A stretch of DNA of 64,000 nucleotides, taken from assembly GCF_009914755.1 (NCBI RefSeq), contig NC_060939.1; one strand, 5' to 3'. Of the stretch, positions 35,394 to 51,920 are shown one piece after another. Source of the DNA: the human T2T-CHM13v2.0 reference genome, Homo sapiens. Position 1 is the first letter of the stretch, and each line of letters starts with the position of its first letter. The notes under the pieces were generated by a model. It did not search any database and was not told the origin of the DNA. It worked only from the letters and a program-made list of their open reading frames with translations. The translations under genes were made by a program, and so were the position numbers.

Positions 35394-36420
35394 TTACAAT
35401 TTGGTATGTTGTTGCAGTGGCTGGTACCAGTTGTTCGTATCCACGTTTAGTGCTTCCTTCAGGAGCTCTTCTAAGACAGACTTGGTGGTGACAAAATCTC
35501 TCAGCACTTGCTTGTCTGTAAAGGATTTTATTTCTCCTTCACTTATGAAGCTTAGTTTGGCTGGATATGAAATTCTGGGTTGAAAATTCTTTTCTTTCAG
35601 AATGTTGAATGTTGGCTCCCACTCTCTTCTGGCTTGTAGGGTTTCTGCTGAGAGATGCACTGTTAGTCTGATGGGTTTCCTTTTGTGGGTAACCTGACCT
35701 TTCTCTCTGGCTGCGCTTAACATTTTTCCCTTCATTTCAACCTTGGTGAATCTGACAATTAAGTGTCTTAGGGTTGCTCTTTTTGAGGAGCATCTTTGCG
35801 GTGTTCTCTGTATTTACTGAATTTGAATGTTGGCCTGCCTTGCTAGGTTGGGGATGTTCTCCTGAATAATATCCTGAAGAGTGTTTTCTAACTTGGTTTC
35901 ATTCTCCCTGTCACTTTCAGGTACACCAATCAAACGTAGATTTGGTCTTTTCACATAGTCCCATATTTCTTGGAGGCTCTGTTCATTTCTTTTCACTTTT
36001 TTTTCTCTAATCTTGTCTTCTCACTTTATTTCATTAATTTGATCTTCGATCACTGATATCCTTTCTTCCGCTTGATTGAATCGGCTATTGAAGCTTGTGT
36101 ATGCTTCACTAAGTTCTTGTACTGTGGTTTTCAGATCCATCATGTCATTTAAGCTCTTCTCTACACTGGTTATTCTAGTTAACCATTTGTCCTACCTTTT
36201 TTCAAAGATTTTAGCTTCCTTGCAATGGGTGAGAACATGCTCCTTTAGCTCGGAGAAGTTTGTTATTACCGACCTTCTGAAGCCTACTTCTGTCAACCTG
36301 TCAAACTCATTCTCCATCCAGTTTTGTTCCCTTGCTGGTGAGGAGTTGTGTTTCTTTGGAGAAGAAGAGGCATTCTGGTTTTTGGAATTTTTTAGCCTTT
36401 CTGCTCTGGTTTCTTCCCAT
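35394..36420 (-). pseudogene. L1 ORF1, disrupted
   Basis: Fragments KRNEQSLQEIWDYVKRPNLRLIGVPE and KGQVTHKRKPIRLT...FQPRISYPAKLSF, separated by stops and frameshifts. Confidence 0.9.
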
Positions 36421-37596
36421 CTTTGTGGTTTTATCTACCTTTAGTCTTTGATGTTGGTGACTTACAGATGGGGTTTTGGTGTGGATGTCCTTTTTGTTGA
36501 TGTTGATGCTATTCCTTTCTGTTTGCTAGTTTTCCTTCTAACAGACAGGCCACTCAGCTGCAGGTCTGTTGGAGTTTACTGGAGGTCCACTCCAGACCCT
36601 GTTTGCCTGGGTATCACCAGCAGAGGCTGCAGAACAGCAAATATTGCTGCCTGATCCTTCCTCTGGAAGCTTCGTCTCAGAGGGGAACCTGCTTGTATGA
36701 GGTGTCTGTCGGCCCCTACTGGGAGATGTCTCCTAGTCAGGCTACACAGGGGTCAGGGAACCACTTGAGGAGGCAGTGTGTCCATTCTTAGAGCTCAAAC
36801 ATCACGCTGGGAGAACCACTGCTCTCTTCAGAGCTGTCCAGGAGGGACGTTTAAGTCTGGAGAAGCTGTCTGCTGCCTTTTGTTCAGATATGCCCTGCCC
36901 CCAGAGGTGGAATCTAGAGAAGCAGTAGGCCTTGCTGAGCTGTGGTGTGCTCTGCCCAGTTCGCGGTTCCCTGCCACTTTGTTTACTCCAAGTGAGCACA
37001 GAACTGCCTACTCAAGCCTCACCAATGGCAGACGCCCCTTGCCCCACCAAGCTCCCACGTCCCAGGTCAATCTCAGACTGCTGTGCTAGCAGCTAGCAAG
37101 GCTCCGTGGGTGTGGGACCTGCTGAGCCAGGCATGGGAAGGGATCTCCTGGTCTGATGGTTGTGAAGACTGTGGGAAAAGCGCAGTATTTGGGCAGGAGT
37201 GTACCACTCCTCCAAGCACAGTCACTCACGGCTTCCCTTGGCTAGGAAAGGGAAATCCCCCGACCCCTTGTGCTTCCTGGGTGAAGCAATGCCCCACCCT
37301 GCTTTGGCTCACCCTCCGTGGGCTGCACCCACTGTCCAACCAGTCCCAATGAGATGAACCAGGTACCTCAGTTGGAAATGCAGAAATCACCCATCTTCTG
37401 TGTCAATCTTGCTGGGAGCTGTAGACCAGAGCTGTTCCTATTCAGCCATCTTGGAAGCGACTCCTTAAGATACGTGTTTTTTAAAAAATCTTAATTGAGT
37501 TCTGATATGGCTTTAAGGATACAGCAATTAGGTAAAACAGGGAAATTAGTAAAATGTAGTAAAAGTAATTCTATCTATTGCTGTCAGGACTGATAG

Positions 37597-38210
37597 GTTT
37601 TTATTTTATTTAATTAATTAATTTATTTTTGAGACAGAGTCTCACTCTGTTGCCCAGGCTGGAGTGCAGTGGTGCAAACTCAGATCTCTGCAACCTCCAC
37701 CTCCTGGGTTCAAGCAATTCTCCTGCCTCACCTCCCGAGTAGCTGAGATTACAGGTGCCCACTGCCACATCCAGCTAATTTTTGTATTTTTAGTAGAGAC
37801 GGGGTTTTGCCATGTTGGCTAGGCTGGTCTCGAAATCCCGACCTCAGATGACCTGTCTGCCTTGGCCTCCCAAAGTGCTGGGATTACAGGCATGAGCCAT
37901 CGCGCCTAGCCTATTTCATTTTTTTGAGACAAAGTCTCGCTCTGAGGCCTAGGCAGGAGTACAATGGCACAATCTCAGTTCACTGCAGCCTAAACCTCCC
38001 AGGTCCAAGTAATCCCCTGGCCTAAGCCTTCCCAGTAGCTGGGACTACAGGCATGTGCCGTCACACCTTGCTAATTAAAAAAATGTTTTTTTGTAGAGAC
38101 AAGGTCTCCCTATGTTGCCCAGGCTGGCCACAAACTCCTGTTCTCAAGTGATCCTCCTGTCTCAGCCTCCAAAGTGTTGGGATTAGAGGTGTGAACCACC
38201 ATGCCCAGCC
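37597..38210 (-). mobile_element. Two tandem Alus (S-like 37597-37911, J-like 37913-38210)
   Basis: Two consecutive dimers. Confidence 0.9.
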
Positions 38211-38414
38211 AGGGCTGATAGGTAATTTTAAAAGCTGGTTGAAATAGAGAATCACACACACACAAAAATGGCTCACACATTAATATTTCAACATAAAAGT
38301 ATATAAACTTGCAAATGTATATTAATTCACCAATCATTTTGTAAAAGCGATACAACTATGCAGATTGAATTTATTCATTTTCTTTCTTGTGTAAATTACA
38401 CCCATAAGGCATAA

Positions 38415-39162
<748 letters not shown>

Positions 39163-39987
39163 TTAAATAAGTGTTTAATGACCTGCTAAATAATCCACGT
39201 TAGCTTTTATAGACACAACTCTACTTTCCCTATTCATATTACATCAATTTGTGTAATATTTGGTTAAATTATGGATTTATAATAAATACAAGTGTCATGA
39301 ATAATTTTGGGACCAATAAAAGTCTCCTAGTAGACATAACAACAATAGAAAGAATTATCAACAGTTAGCACTTATTAGGGTATGTATGTGATAGACACCT
39401 AAACGTTTTACCTGTATTATCTCATTTACAGCAATCTCATCCTATGCTGTAAGTACTATCATGATTGTTCCATTTTACAGGAAAGGCAAAGGGAACCTCC
39501 AGGATGATGCTGAAGACAGAGCCCACTATGACAGCTGTGCAACTATCCCAGAGCGCAGACATGAGGCAGAGTGAAAAGATAACACAGAACTGGGAAGCAG
39601 GTAAAGCTCAGGTGAGATACTAGCTCTACCACATGTTATTAGTGTAACCTTGGGAAAATGAGTCAATACTTCTTAGCTTTAATTTACCATCTATGCAATA
39701 GGAATAATACTATATCACAGAAAATTGAGATAAGCCACAGAATGATCCTCAACAGACATAATAACAATTATATGCTAAAAAGAGTCATGGCGACAAATTA
39801 GAATTTAGGTAGCTGGGCATATTTCTTGGAATTCTAAACATTTTGTAGTACAATAGTACTGTGGAAAATATCAAAGTAATGTGGTTGAATTCTTAGCACT
39901 GATATACACATTGATTTATAACGATACAGTCATGTGATAATAATAGTTTGAGTCACTATTCTTGTATCAAAAAATTTGATACATTTA

Positions 39988-40325
<338 letters not shown>

Positions 40326-42511
40326 CAGTTTGGAATGTTGTGATACAATTATTTATAATAGTAATTGTTAAGGACTGTCTGTACTACATTTCCCAGTACA
40401 ATTTTATTAATGATTCCAATTCAAATAAACAATGATAATTTAATTCCATAAGTTTTAAACATGCCTAAAGCTGTGTTGGATGCTGTGGGGAACAAGAGTG
40501 AGCATAAGATATTTCCTGACATTAAGCAGCTCATAATCTAGTTGAAAAGTCAACTTCAACTTAAGAAACTAAGAAAGAATGATGGTAATAATAGTAACTT
40601 ACACATAGTAACATTTTACAGTTTTTAAAATATTTTCACATATTTCTTTTGGTTCTCATGATAACCCTGTGATACAGATAGGAAATATTAAAAAGCTAAA
40701 GCAAGATTAGGCTCAATGGTTCATCCAAGGCAAACTGAGTGTAAATTTCAAAAAAGACTCGCTTGAACTTGGATTCTGATTTGTCTACTATATCATACTG
40801 GTTGTTCCTAAAATTTAGGTACAAGAATGAATAATGGTAATATACATAACTTTTAATTATCCAGGGAAGATAATTATCTAAGGCACAAGATCACAACAAG
40901 GCATGTATGAAATAATTACAAATAGTCAGAGTAGGTATCTGGTGCATGGAACTACACAGTGACCACAGATGGCCATATCGATGCGTTGCTAATGCAGCAG
41001 AGTTCACAAACATTGCCGACCCAGGTAAGACTGCCCCATCCCTTTTTGCCAAGAGCATGGCAGAACACAGAGAAGGTAAAGGAAAGCTCATGTGGTTATG
41101 GAATCCAACAGAGAGTCAGGACTGAAGGTAGAGAAATTAAGAAGAGATAAAGAACATCCACATAGAAAAGTAGATATGCTTCTACTTTGATATTTGAAAA
41201 AAAATTTTAGTAACCAAACTGTTTTACTTGTGTTATTTGTATACTTCTGATAACTCCATAAGAATCAAATTTTTGAAAATTTAACTACAAATGTTTATTA
41301 AGTTCATTTTCTACTAAACATCTTGATAAGTTTTAACTGATTCTACCTTCTCCCCTCATCCTGCCATTAACCCAGCTAACTGAAAGTTGGAAGCACTTTG
41401 CCAAATATCATTTTTAAAAATGTTTGTGCTAGAATATCTTTAAAATCTCTTCAAATGTTGCTAATCTCTTTTTTAACAGGCTTAGTCAGAGCCTAAGCTT
41501 GGCAACAGTATCTAACAAGATTAGCTGCTTTATTGTATCTATTTTTAATTTATACTCTATTTATGGCAAGCATGCTGGTATTTCATTTAGTGACAACGTT
41601 CCTTTTTAAAAGGAAACCATAAAAGCAGTGACTCAATTTAAGAAAAAAATTAAATAAACACAAAGATGATCCATAAAAATAGAAAGATTACAAAGGTAGT
41701 CTCTAAAAGACTGAATTTAGGGAAAATTTCCTACTATCATCACATAAAAACTGCACAGCAACCATGTGAAGAAGAATTATTCCTATATTCATAAAGAAAC
41801 TAGCTCAGAGAAAGCTGAAATGATTTGCCCAAGGTGGTGTAGCCAATAAAGCCAATGGAACCATGGCAAAGCCAGGCCTCAGCTGTGGTCTTGGATCATC
41901 TCACTAGCAGGAAGCAGTGTGAGGGTCCACAGGGAGACGTGCAACATTGATCAAGGCAGTGTGAACTTGAAGGAGGATTTTTGAAAACCTTAAAAATCAT
42001 GGAGGGCTCAAAATCACAGAGGAGGAATAAATACAGCACATGTCTGGAAAGATTTGCTTGGGAAGATTGGGTCATATTAGGAAAATCTTGGAAGGCAAAT
42101 AGAGGAGTCTAAAGGAGATGGAAAACAACTGAAATTCTCTATGTAGAAGTCTAAAAATGAAAGCAGTATTTTAGGCAAGGAAACATGAGTACAAAAATGC
42201 AAAAAGAAATAAATGCTAGATATATTAGAGACAGGCAGGCAGACTCATTAATAGACCACGGCGGTCTGTCCATGTGCAAACATCTCTAAGGCTAACTGTC
42301 TAGGACAGCAGTAGTAGTTATTAATATTAATTCAACCAAGACTCTGAATGCCTACTATATGTCAGGTACATGCTAGGCACTATGGATATCAAAAACAGTG
42401 ACCATTTGCTCTCAAGAAGTTCAGAGGGGAAAAATACACAATTATGAAACAATAAAATTATTACAGTTTAAGTACAAATACTGTGGGACTCAAGAAGGAA
42501 AGAACAAAAAT

Positions 42512-42880
<369 letters not shown>

Positions 42881-43664
42881 TCATGAAAAAGTAGAAAAAT
42901 GGGTGGGGGGAAATGGAGGAGAGACATTCCAGAGATAAAATAGCAGGATTTAATATACCTAACATAAAAAAGAAGAAAAGAATCCTGTCATTCACAGAGA
43001 AAGTGGGTACACAGAAGCAGTGAGCACATGTACTTCCAACCTGATTCTTCCCCCTTCCTCCCTCAGTCTCAATATTTAGTCATCAAATCCAGTTAAATGT
43101 GGCTTCAGTATGCTTCCACACCAATCTATTCCATTGCACTGCCATCATTTAGATTCTCATCCTTTTCAGCTTAGACCAATTGCCACCAATTCTCCCATCT
43201 TCAAACAATCCTACATTTTCCTCCATACTAATAATCCTAAAATTCTGCCTTTATCAGTTTGCATCATTGCTTAAACAACAAAATAAATACTTTGAAAGCT
43301 TTCCAAGTGACACTGCCAGGAGACCCCAAACATTTTGTGAAGATCATTTTCACTTGTTTATTTGTAATCTACATCATGTGTGGGGTACTAATCTGAGTCC
43401 CTCAAAGCAAAGGGGAAGGGCTGCCTTTGTAAGCTCTACCTTTGTTCCTACTTTGAAATCTCAGGCTGGGGGATGATGGTGGGGATGATGGTGGTAGCGG
43501 AGGCTACTGGTGTAGACATTTATAAATAGATTGTGGTTTACTTATTTGGACCCATTGGCTTATAGGGTGAACTCGAAAAACTTCAGCTTGGCATTTAAGC
43601 CCCTTTATATTTTAGTTTAACCTTTTCTCAACTGTTGGGTATAAGCTGCCTTGTATTATCTTTT

Positions 43665-44420
43665 AATTAATCAACATATTAATTCAACAAATATTTACTA
43701 AGCATCTATAAATGTCAGATTATGTGCTAGGCACTGGAGATGCATAAAGATGAATAGAGCACAGCAGCTACCCCTAAGGGGCTTACAGCACATACGGGTA
43801 AGACAAGTGATTGCAGTGGGTGACTAAAGTACTATATTGGAGGTGTAGACATAGAGTATGGTAGCGTGTACATTACATTACATTTCCTGGAGTGATCACA
43901 GGGACCATTAAGGAAGAAGTGGTATTTGAGCTCAGTCTTAACATGAAGATTGTTTGCTAGGTAACTGAAGAACACTCCAAGAGGATGGAATAAATGTGTT
44001 AAAGCAACAGAGACATTCAAGAACATTCATTATATCTGGTGTGCAGTATGTACAAAAGAGTAATAAACAAGGAAGCTATTAAGCTGGGATGTTCTAGATC
44101 GTGTAGGTACATGTACCTGCTAAGCAGTACAGACTTTGTCAGCATGGGGAGACATTAGGGGGTTTTAAATGAGGGAGTAATAGGATGAGATTTACATATG
44201 AGAAAAATTCCTCTGGTAATTACTGTAATGGATGGCTTTAGGAGGTTAGACAAAAAATAACAATGGACTAGGATAGTAGCAGTGAAGATGGAGAGAACGG
44301 GACAAATTTGAGAATTATTTGGAAGACTAAATGAGCAAAAATCGGCGAGAAAGAAAAGGAAAGAGTGACAGAGAGATTGAATATTGTAATATATCAAGGG
44401 GGAAGGAGTCAATAAAAAAA
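43665..44420 (-). mobile_element. L2 fragment
   Basis: ATTCAACAAATATTTACTAAGCATCT...GTGCTAGGCACTGGAGAT...GGGGAAGGAGTCAA. Confidence 0.65.
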
Positions 44421-44821
44421 TTAGAAATCACAAGAGTTAGGAAGCAAGAAAGGTTCTAGAGCACAGGTGTATGGATCAATATTGAACGACAACAAGGAAG
44501 GTGGTAAAGGATAGGTGTCAACACAGATGCTGGTAAGAACTTATGAAGAAGAATATTAGAAATAAAGAAATACAGTTTACTCTGTGAAGTAGAAGGTTTA
44601 GCTATATGAGAATGGAGGATTGAGGTCTTAAGCATTTTAACTCTGTAAGGATTGAGAAGGGAAGCTAACTAGAATCACACAGAATGTCTAAATAGTGTCG
44701 ACAGTACAACATTGTTGGAAATGATGAATTTATGGTGGTATCAGTTTTCATGGCTGTGAGATTCCCCTACTCCCCTACCCCTAGCCATAACACAGCTGCC
44801 AGGATTAAGAATGAAAGGAGG

Positions 44822-45123
44822 TGGCTAGGCACAGTGGCTCATGTCTGTAATCCCAGCACTTTGGGAGGCTGAGGCAAGAGGATCACTTGAGCCCAGACCA
44901 GGCTGGAAAACATAGAAGACTCTGTCTCCACACACACCCAAAAGTTTTTAATTAGCCAGTCATGGTGGTGTGTGCCTGTAGTCCCAGCTACTTGGGAGGC
45001 TGAGGCACGAGGACTGCCTGAACCTGGGAGACAGACATTGCAGTGAGTGAGCTGAGACGCACCACTGCACTCTGGCCTGGGAGACAGAGTGACTCCGTCT
45101 CAAAAAAAAAAAAAAAAAAAAAA
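44822..45123 (+). mobile_element. AluJ-like
   Basis: Dimer with long A-tail; TSD AAGAATGA. Confidence 0.88.
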
Positions 45124-45269
45124 GAATGAGAGGAGCAGGTTTGGGGGCATGAGGGGCAGGGGTCCTATCTGCCCATTATAAGCATTTTGAGACAAGAATT
45201 TTGTTTTAACGTTGCTGTGACAATTACAACTTCATGTAATACAGACAGAGCTTCATGTAACATTTATAA

Positions 45270-45553
<284 letters not shown>

Positions 45554-45990
45554 TCAACATGTTTGTTAACTGACTCATGTTGAAGTGATTTCAAAGACAA
45601 ATACCAAGAGACCAAAATTCAGGATTAGTTTTAATAAAGGCTGATGATGGAAACAAAGAAACAAAGTCCTCATCAAAACATAAGAGCTGAAGACAGAAGG
45701 ATGAACTTTCCTAAAAGCCAATGGAAAGAGAAAGCACCTGAGACCAAGGGCTCAGAATGCTAGAGAAGGAAACAGAGGGAAAAAAATTATTGACACTATG
45801 ACTGTAATGCTGTCATTCCAATTTTTCCCAACAAGTCTAGATACTAGAAGGAAGAAAATGGTAATTAAGGTAGAAAGTAGTGAAAATGTAGGGCCAAACA
45901 TGCCTATGGAGCAGAACACACAACACATGAATCCTGAAGAAATTGTATGTGAATTTACTTAGCAATCGTCTCTTTGATCCATCTGACTTA

Positions 45991-46167
<177 letters not shown>

Positions 46168-46699
46168 CTAAGAATAAGTATTAGATTAACAGAGGCTCTT
46201 AAGCAAACCAGTGCTATTTAGTGGAGTGTCCCAAGCAAGAGAAATGTTAAGACCACTTTTTGTTTGAGCTCAGATTTGTATAAAGAAAATGCAAATGAGG
46301 TAAACTGTGTTCTGAATACATTAGATTAAGTTGTGTTGAAATTCTTCCAAATATGTGGAGATAAATCCACTAGAAGTTGAAGAACTCAGCAGTGATGAAG
46401 ATAGTTATACTTCTAATTCACAGCCTATAACTTATACAACCTATGGTTGTAATTTTCTTCTCAGCCTATAACACTGAGAAGATGGTGAGAGTAATACCAG
46501 ACAGTAGATTTAATAAAGGCCAAAGTATAATATAAAGAGAGTTTATTGGGCCAAATCCACAAACTGGTCAGTCAAGAAAAGTATAAATGATACAAGAGGA
46601 CTGTACCTACACAGTTAAAAAAGAAGAAAAAAAACTTACTAAGAAATAACAAAGGAGGATGGATCTTGAGGCTGTTGCAAATATTACTGAAGAAAATTA

Positions 46700-47288
<589 letters not shown>

Positions 47289-47867
47289 GATTATGTCATT
47301 CTTTGGTCTTGTGGATGATCCAAATTATTTTTCATGCACTGTGGAAACATATTTCACATTTTCATTTTAAAGATGGTTTTGGAAAAATAAACATGACCAT
47401 AAGAGACTATCTTCTTAACAAGAAGGGGAGAAAATTGGCCTAAACAACAAATTAGGAACTAAGGAGTTAAAAGGGGAATTAGGGGGACTAAGAGACTACT
47501 GTGAACATTTCCAATATTTTAAGAGCCTATATTGATTTCATGTTACAGTCAAAGGTTAACTGCTTAATGTAGGCTGAACATAACATTTCCTAAAGTTTTA
47601 AACCCAGACATTAAACTAGAAACTATTATTATATATACTGTATTCTGGAATTTTTTAAAAACATTGTTTTTAGTGTGTATACTTTGAATAGTAAATGTGT
47701 CATGATCTTCAATAATTTAGAAAATATAAATGGAATCATATATAAACTTTTGAGACTGCCTTTTTTTCATTGAGCCTAATGCCTTGCAGATTCATGCAAG
47801 CTGCTGTGTATTATCAACACTAGTTCCTCTTTAAAAAAAATACATTTTGAAACATAAACTACAGACC

Positions 47868-48238
47868 TGCCATGGTTTGAATATATCCTCCCAAAAGCAT
47901 CTGTTGGAAACTTAATCCCCAATGCAACATCACTGGGAGGTGGGGGACTAATTAGAGGTAATTAGGCCATTAGGTAATTAAGCCACCCTCAACAATGGAT
48001 TAATGTCATTATCAAGAGAGTTTGTAACAAAATAGGGAGTTTGGTCCCCTTCTCTCTCACTCCCTCTTACCCTCTCTGCCCTCTGCCATGGGAAGATGCA
48101 GCAAGAAGGCCCTCAGCAGATGCTGGCACCTTGGTCTTGGACTTTCCAGCCTCCAGAACCACGAGTCAATAAATTTCAATTCATTATAAATTACCCAGTC
48201 TGTGGTATTGTTATAGCAGCATGAAACATACTAAGACA
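47868..48238 (+). mobile_element. MST-type MaLR solo LTR (MSTD-like)
   Basis: TGCCATGGTTTGAAT...GGACTTTCCAGCCTCCAGAAC...ACTAAGACA; near-perfect 5-bp TSD AGACC/ACACC. Confidence 0.88.
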
Positions 48239-48975
48239 ACACCATATAATTCACTCAAAGTGTTCAGTGTTTCTTAATATAGTCACACTGTTGTGTAGCT
48301 GTCACCACAATCTAATTTTACATTTTTGTCTCCCCACTAAAAGAAACCCTCTACCCATCAGCAGGCTAATCCCCATCTCACTCTCCCCAACCCTATCCAG
48401 ACTAAACGACCATTAATCTAACTTCTGCCTCTATAAATTTACCTATTCTGGACATTTCCTACGAATGGAATCATACAGTATGTGTTTGGGGTTTTTTGCA
48501 ACTAGATTCCTTAACTTGCATTTTCAAGCTTCACACATGTTATAGCAGGAATCAGTACTTTGTTTTTATTGCCAAATAATATTCCATTATATGGCTATAT
48601 CACATTTTATCTATTCATTTGTCAGCTGGAGGACATTTGGGCTGTTACTTCTTTATTAGCTATTATTTATAATGCTGCTATAAACATTCCTGTACAAGTT
48701 TTTGTGTGGAAATACACTTAATTACTGGGACATATGGTAATTCTATGTTTAACTTTTTAAGAAACTGTCAAATTGTTTTCCAAAGTAGTTGTACTGTTTT
48801 ACATTGTCACTAGTAGCAGATGAGAGTTTCAATACTTCACATCCTTTCCAACACTTGATATCTGTCTTTTTGTTTATAGCCATCCCAGTGAGTGTGAAAA
48901 AACTGTACCTCATTTTGGTTTTGATGTGTATTTCTTTAATAACTAATGATGTTGAGCATCTTTTCATGTACATAT
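48239..48975 (-). mobile_element. L1MB 3' region (host of the MST LTR)
   Basis: CCTATTCTGGACATTTC...TAATATTCCATT...TAACTAATGATGTTGAGCATCTTTTCATG. Confidence 0.8.
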
Positions 48976-50067
48976 TGGTGCTTTTTCCTCTCCTCACCTT
49001 AATTGGAAAGCTGTTACTTCCTTTTGTTCCCACAGTTTTGAGGTTCTGCCCTGACTTACTTATCACATTGTAAATATTATTGTTCTCTGAACTATGCATC
49101 CTTTGGTTAAAAACCTTACTTAGCATTTACATAATACATTCCCAAAGAGTCTGTCATTTTCCATTATTTCTATCCCTTTCATCATGTGATCTCTGTTCTA
49201 GGTCACTTGTTATTTGGCTAAAACCCCTTCTTGAATTTTCTCAGAGGAGTTAAGTGGGTATTATATCCTTGAAATTTTTGTATAGTTGTAACATGTTTCC
49301 CCTCATAGGGGAGAAATATCTTCAAGGGAAATAGGGATTTGGGATTGTGAAATCCCCAATCTGTAAATACTCTTCTACCATCTCCTAGTTTCCAGTGTTG
49401 TGAATTAGAATTCTGATTCCAGTCTGTTACTTGATAGGTGCAACCTGTTCTATCTGGAAGCCTCCAAGGTGAATCCTTGGAGCTCAAAAATTTTACAAGG
49501 ATATCCCTATGTATGTGTTTTTCATCACTGATCTCCCCCAGAACTTCATTCTGCACACTGAAGTCTTTAGCTCAGGAAATAATTTTATGTTGTTTAATTA
49601 TTCCTTCTCCATTTGTTCCTTTTTCTTCTTCTGGAACTTGTATTAGCCATGTTAGGTGTCCTGAATCGATCCAATAGGTCTCTTTTTTAAAAGTTTTTTT
49701 TTTTTGTATTTTTTTTTTGGCTCCATGCTTTGAAATATTTATTTTACTTGATCTTCCAGGTCAATAATTGTTCATACTCATTCATTCCTTTATTCAATAA
49801 TTATGTTTCGGGCGCCTACTATGTGTAAGACAGTGTTCTAGGTATTAGAGTTGACAACAGATTAGCAGTGAATACAAGACAAAAAAGTTCCTGTTCTCCT
49901 GGTGCTTACACTCTAGCAGAGATAGTTTTAAAAAAAATAAGTGTGTGAGGATAAATGGAGTCAGGTGATAATAATTATTTAGGTGGAAAAATCACATTTT
50001 TTGTTCCATAAAGTCTTAAATGTGGCCCATTATTATTTTCATGTTCAAGTTTCTCTCTCCTCCAGCA

Positions 50068-50368
50068 TTTTTTTTTTTTTTTTAAAGATGGAGTCTCGCT
50101 CTGTCACCCAGGCTAAAGGGAGTGGCGCGATCTCGGCTCACTGCAACCTCTGCCTCCTGGGTTCAAGTGATTCTCCTGCTTCAACCTCCTGAGTAACTGG
50201 GACTACAGGCGCCCACCACCGCGCCCGGCTAATTTTTTGTATCTTTTTTTAGTAGAGATGGGGTTTCCCCATGTTAGCCAGGATGGTCTCGATCTCCTGA
50301 CCTCGTGATCCGCCCGCCTCGGCCTACCAAAGTGCTGGGATTACAGGCGTGAGCCACCGTGCCCAGCC
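50068..50368 (-). mobile_element. AluY/Sc-like
   Basis: TSD TCCTCCAGCATTT. Confidence 0.92.
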
Positions 50369-51774
50369 TCCTCCAGCATTTCTATTTAGCTAACTCAATA
50401 TATTGTTTATTCTAAGTGGTTTTTCTCTTTCAGGTTGCCTGGCTTCCCCAGATGGGTTGTTTATCTTTGTCACCTCATGGGGGATGAGATTTAGTTGTTG
50501 GAGGACCACAAGCGGTAGCAGTCTCAAGAAAATGGAAAGGCAAAGCAGTCTCTACCCCTGTGGGTAGGCAGTGCTGCAGCAGGCAAGCCACCAGCCCTTG
50601 TGGAGGCCCAGGAGGAAGCCTCCCTGCTCTCAGGTCTCCTTACATATGCCAGCCACAGGGATGGGAAGATCTCAGACCCATGGCTCTTTCCTTTTCTCCT
50701 TCCCTCCAGGAATTCATGGATATCTACCAAACCAAGTTCTTTCCTGGATTTGCCATTCTTATGCTTATCCTGAGATTTTCCAGGCTCTTGTCTAGAGGAA
50801 AAGTCCTGTACCAACTCTCCCTGACAGAGTTCTCACACAGCCCATGGCCTCAATTGCACCAACTGTTCATCAGATCCAGGAGCCACTTCACTCAAGATTG
50901 ACAGATACAGGCTGGAAGCAGGAATGGAGGGATAGTGAGATATTCAAGTAGCCACCTTCCCAGAACTCACTCTGAAAAGTCAGTCCTGTTTACAGACTAA
51001 TCCTAAAAGCATTAAAATCTTGGCATGTAAGTCAAAAATTTAAAGTGCCACTGTAAAGTCCAAACATCTGTGGACTGCATTGTTTTCAACTACTGCCCTA
51101 AGTATTAAGTTCTGAAGAAAAAATTTAAGAAATAAGGAAGATCTTAATGGAAGTCAAAATTAAAGGAAACTGATTAGATGGACTCTGAAAATAATTGTTA
51201 TATAAAAGCAGTCAGACCAAAAGGAGTACATACTGTATGATTACATTTATATAAAATTCTAGGAAATGCAAACTAATTTGGTGACAGAAAAAGAGAACAG
51301 TGGTTGCCTAGGGACCAAGGAATTAGGTGAGTGGGGCATAAAGGGCACAAAGAAACTTCTGGGGGTGACGAAAATGTTCACTATCTTCATTATAATTATT
51401 TCATGGGCATATAAATGTCAAAATTCATCAACAAAATATACACCTTAAAGATGTACAGTTAACTTTATGTCAACTGCACCTCGATAAAAAAATACCGATG
51501 GGGAAAAACATTTGGAATTTATTTCCCAAAGGGATTGACATCCCTAAATATAAAGCATATCTAAAAAATAAAGAAGAATACCTACAGGTAACAGACATGA
51601 ACAGGAAGTTCACTAAACTTTTCCGAATTTGAAATTTCCACAATAAAAAATAAAATATGTAATTTTCAGAAAAATATTAAAACACTATGTCTCACCCTCA
51701 ATACAGGTGAAGAGATAAAATATAATTACAGTGTTACTGCAAGAATATTTGACTGCTGATAAATACCAATTATT

Positions 51775-51920
51775 TTTCTTTGTTTTTTACATTTTTCTTT
51801 TATTTTTAAAATTGAAGATGAGGTCTCACTATGTTCTCAGGCTGGTCTCAAACTCCTGGTCTACAGCCTCCATCTCTCAAAGTGTTGGGATTATAGGCAT
51901 GAGTCACCATGTCCACCCAT
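51775..51920 (-). mobile_element. FLAM-like monomer
   Basis: Diverged left arm; TSD AATACCAATTA. Confidence 0.75.

Noticed and set aside
50524-50901. Three overlapping 74-113 aa ORFs in a mildly GC-rich patch
   Set aside because: No recognisable domain or supported splice structure; consistent with chance or an old repeat remnant.
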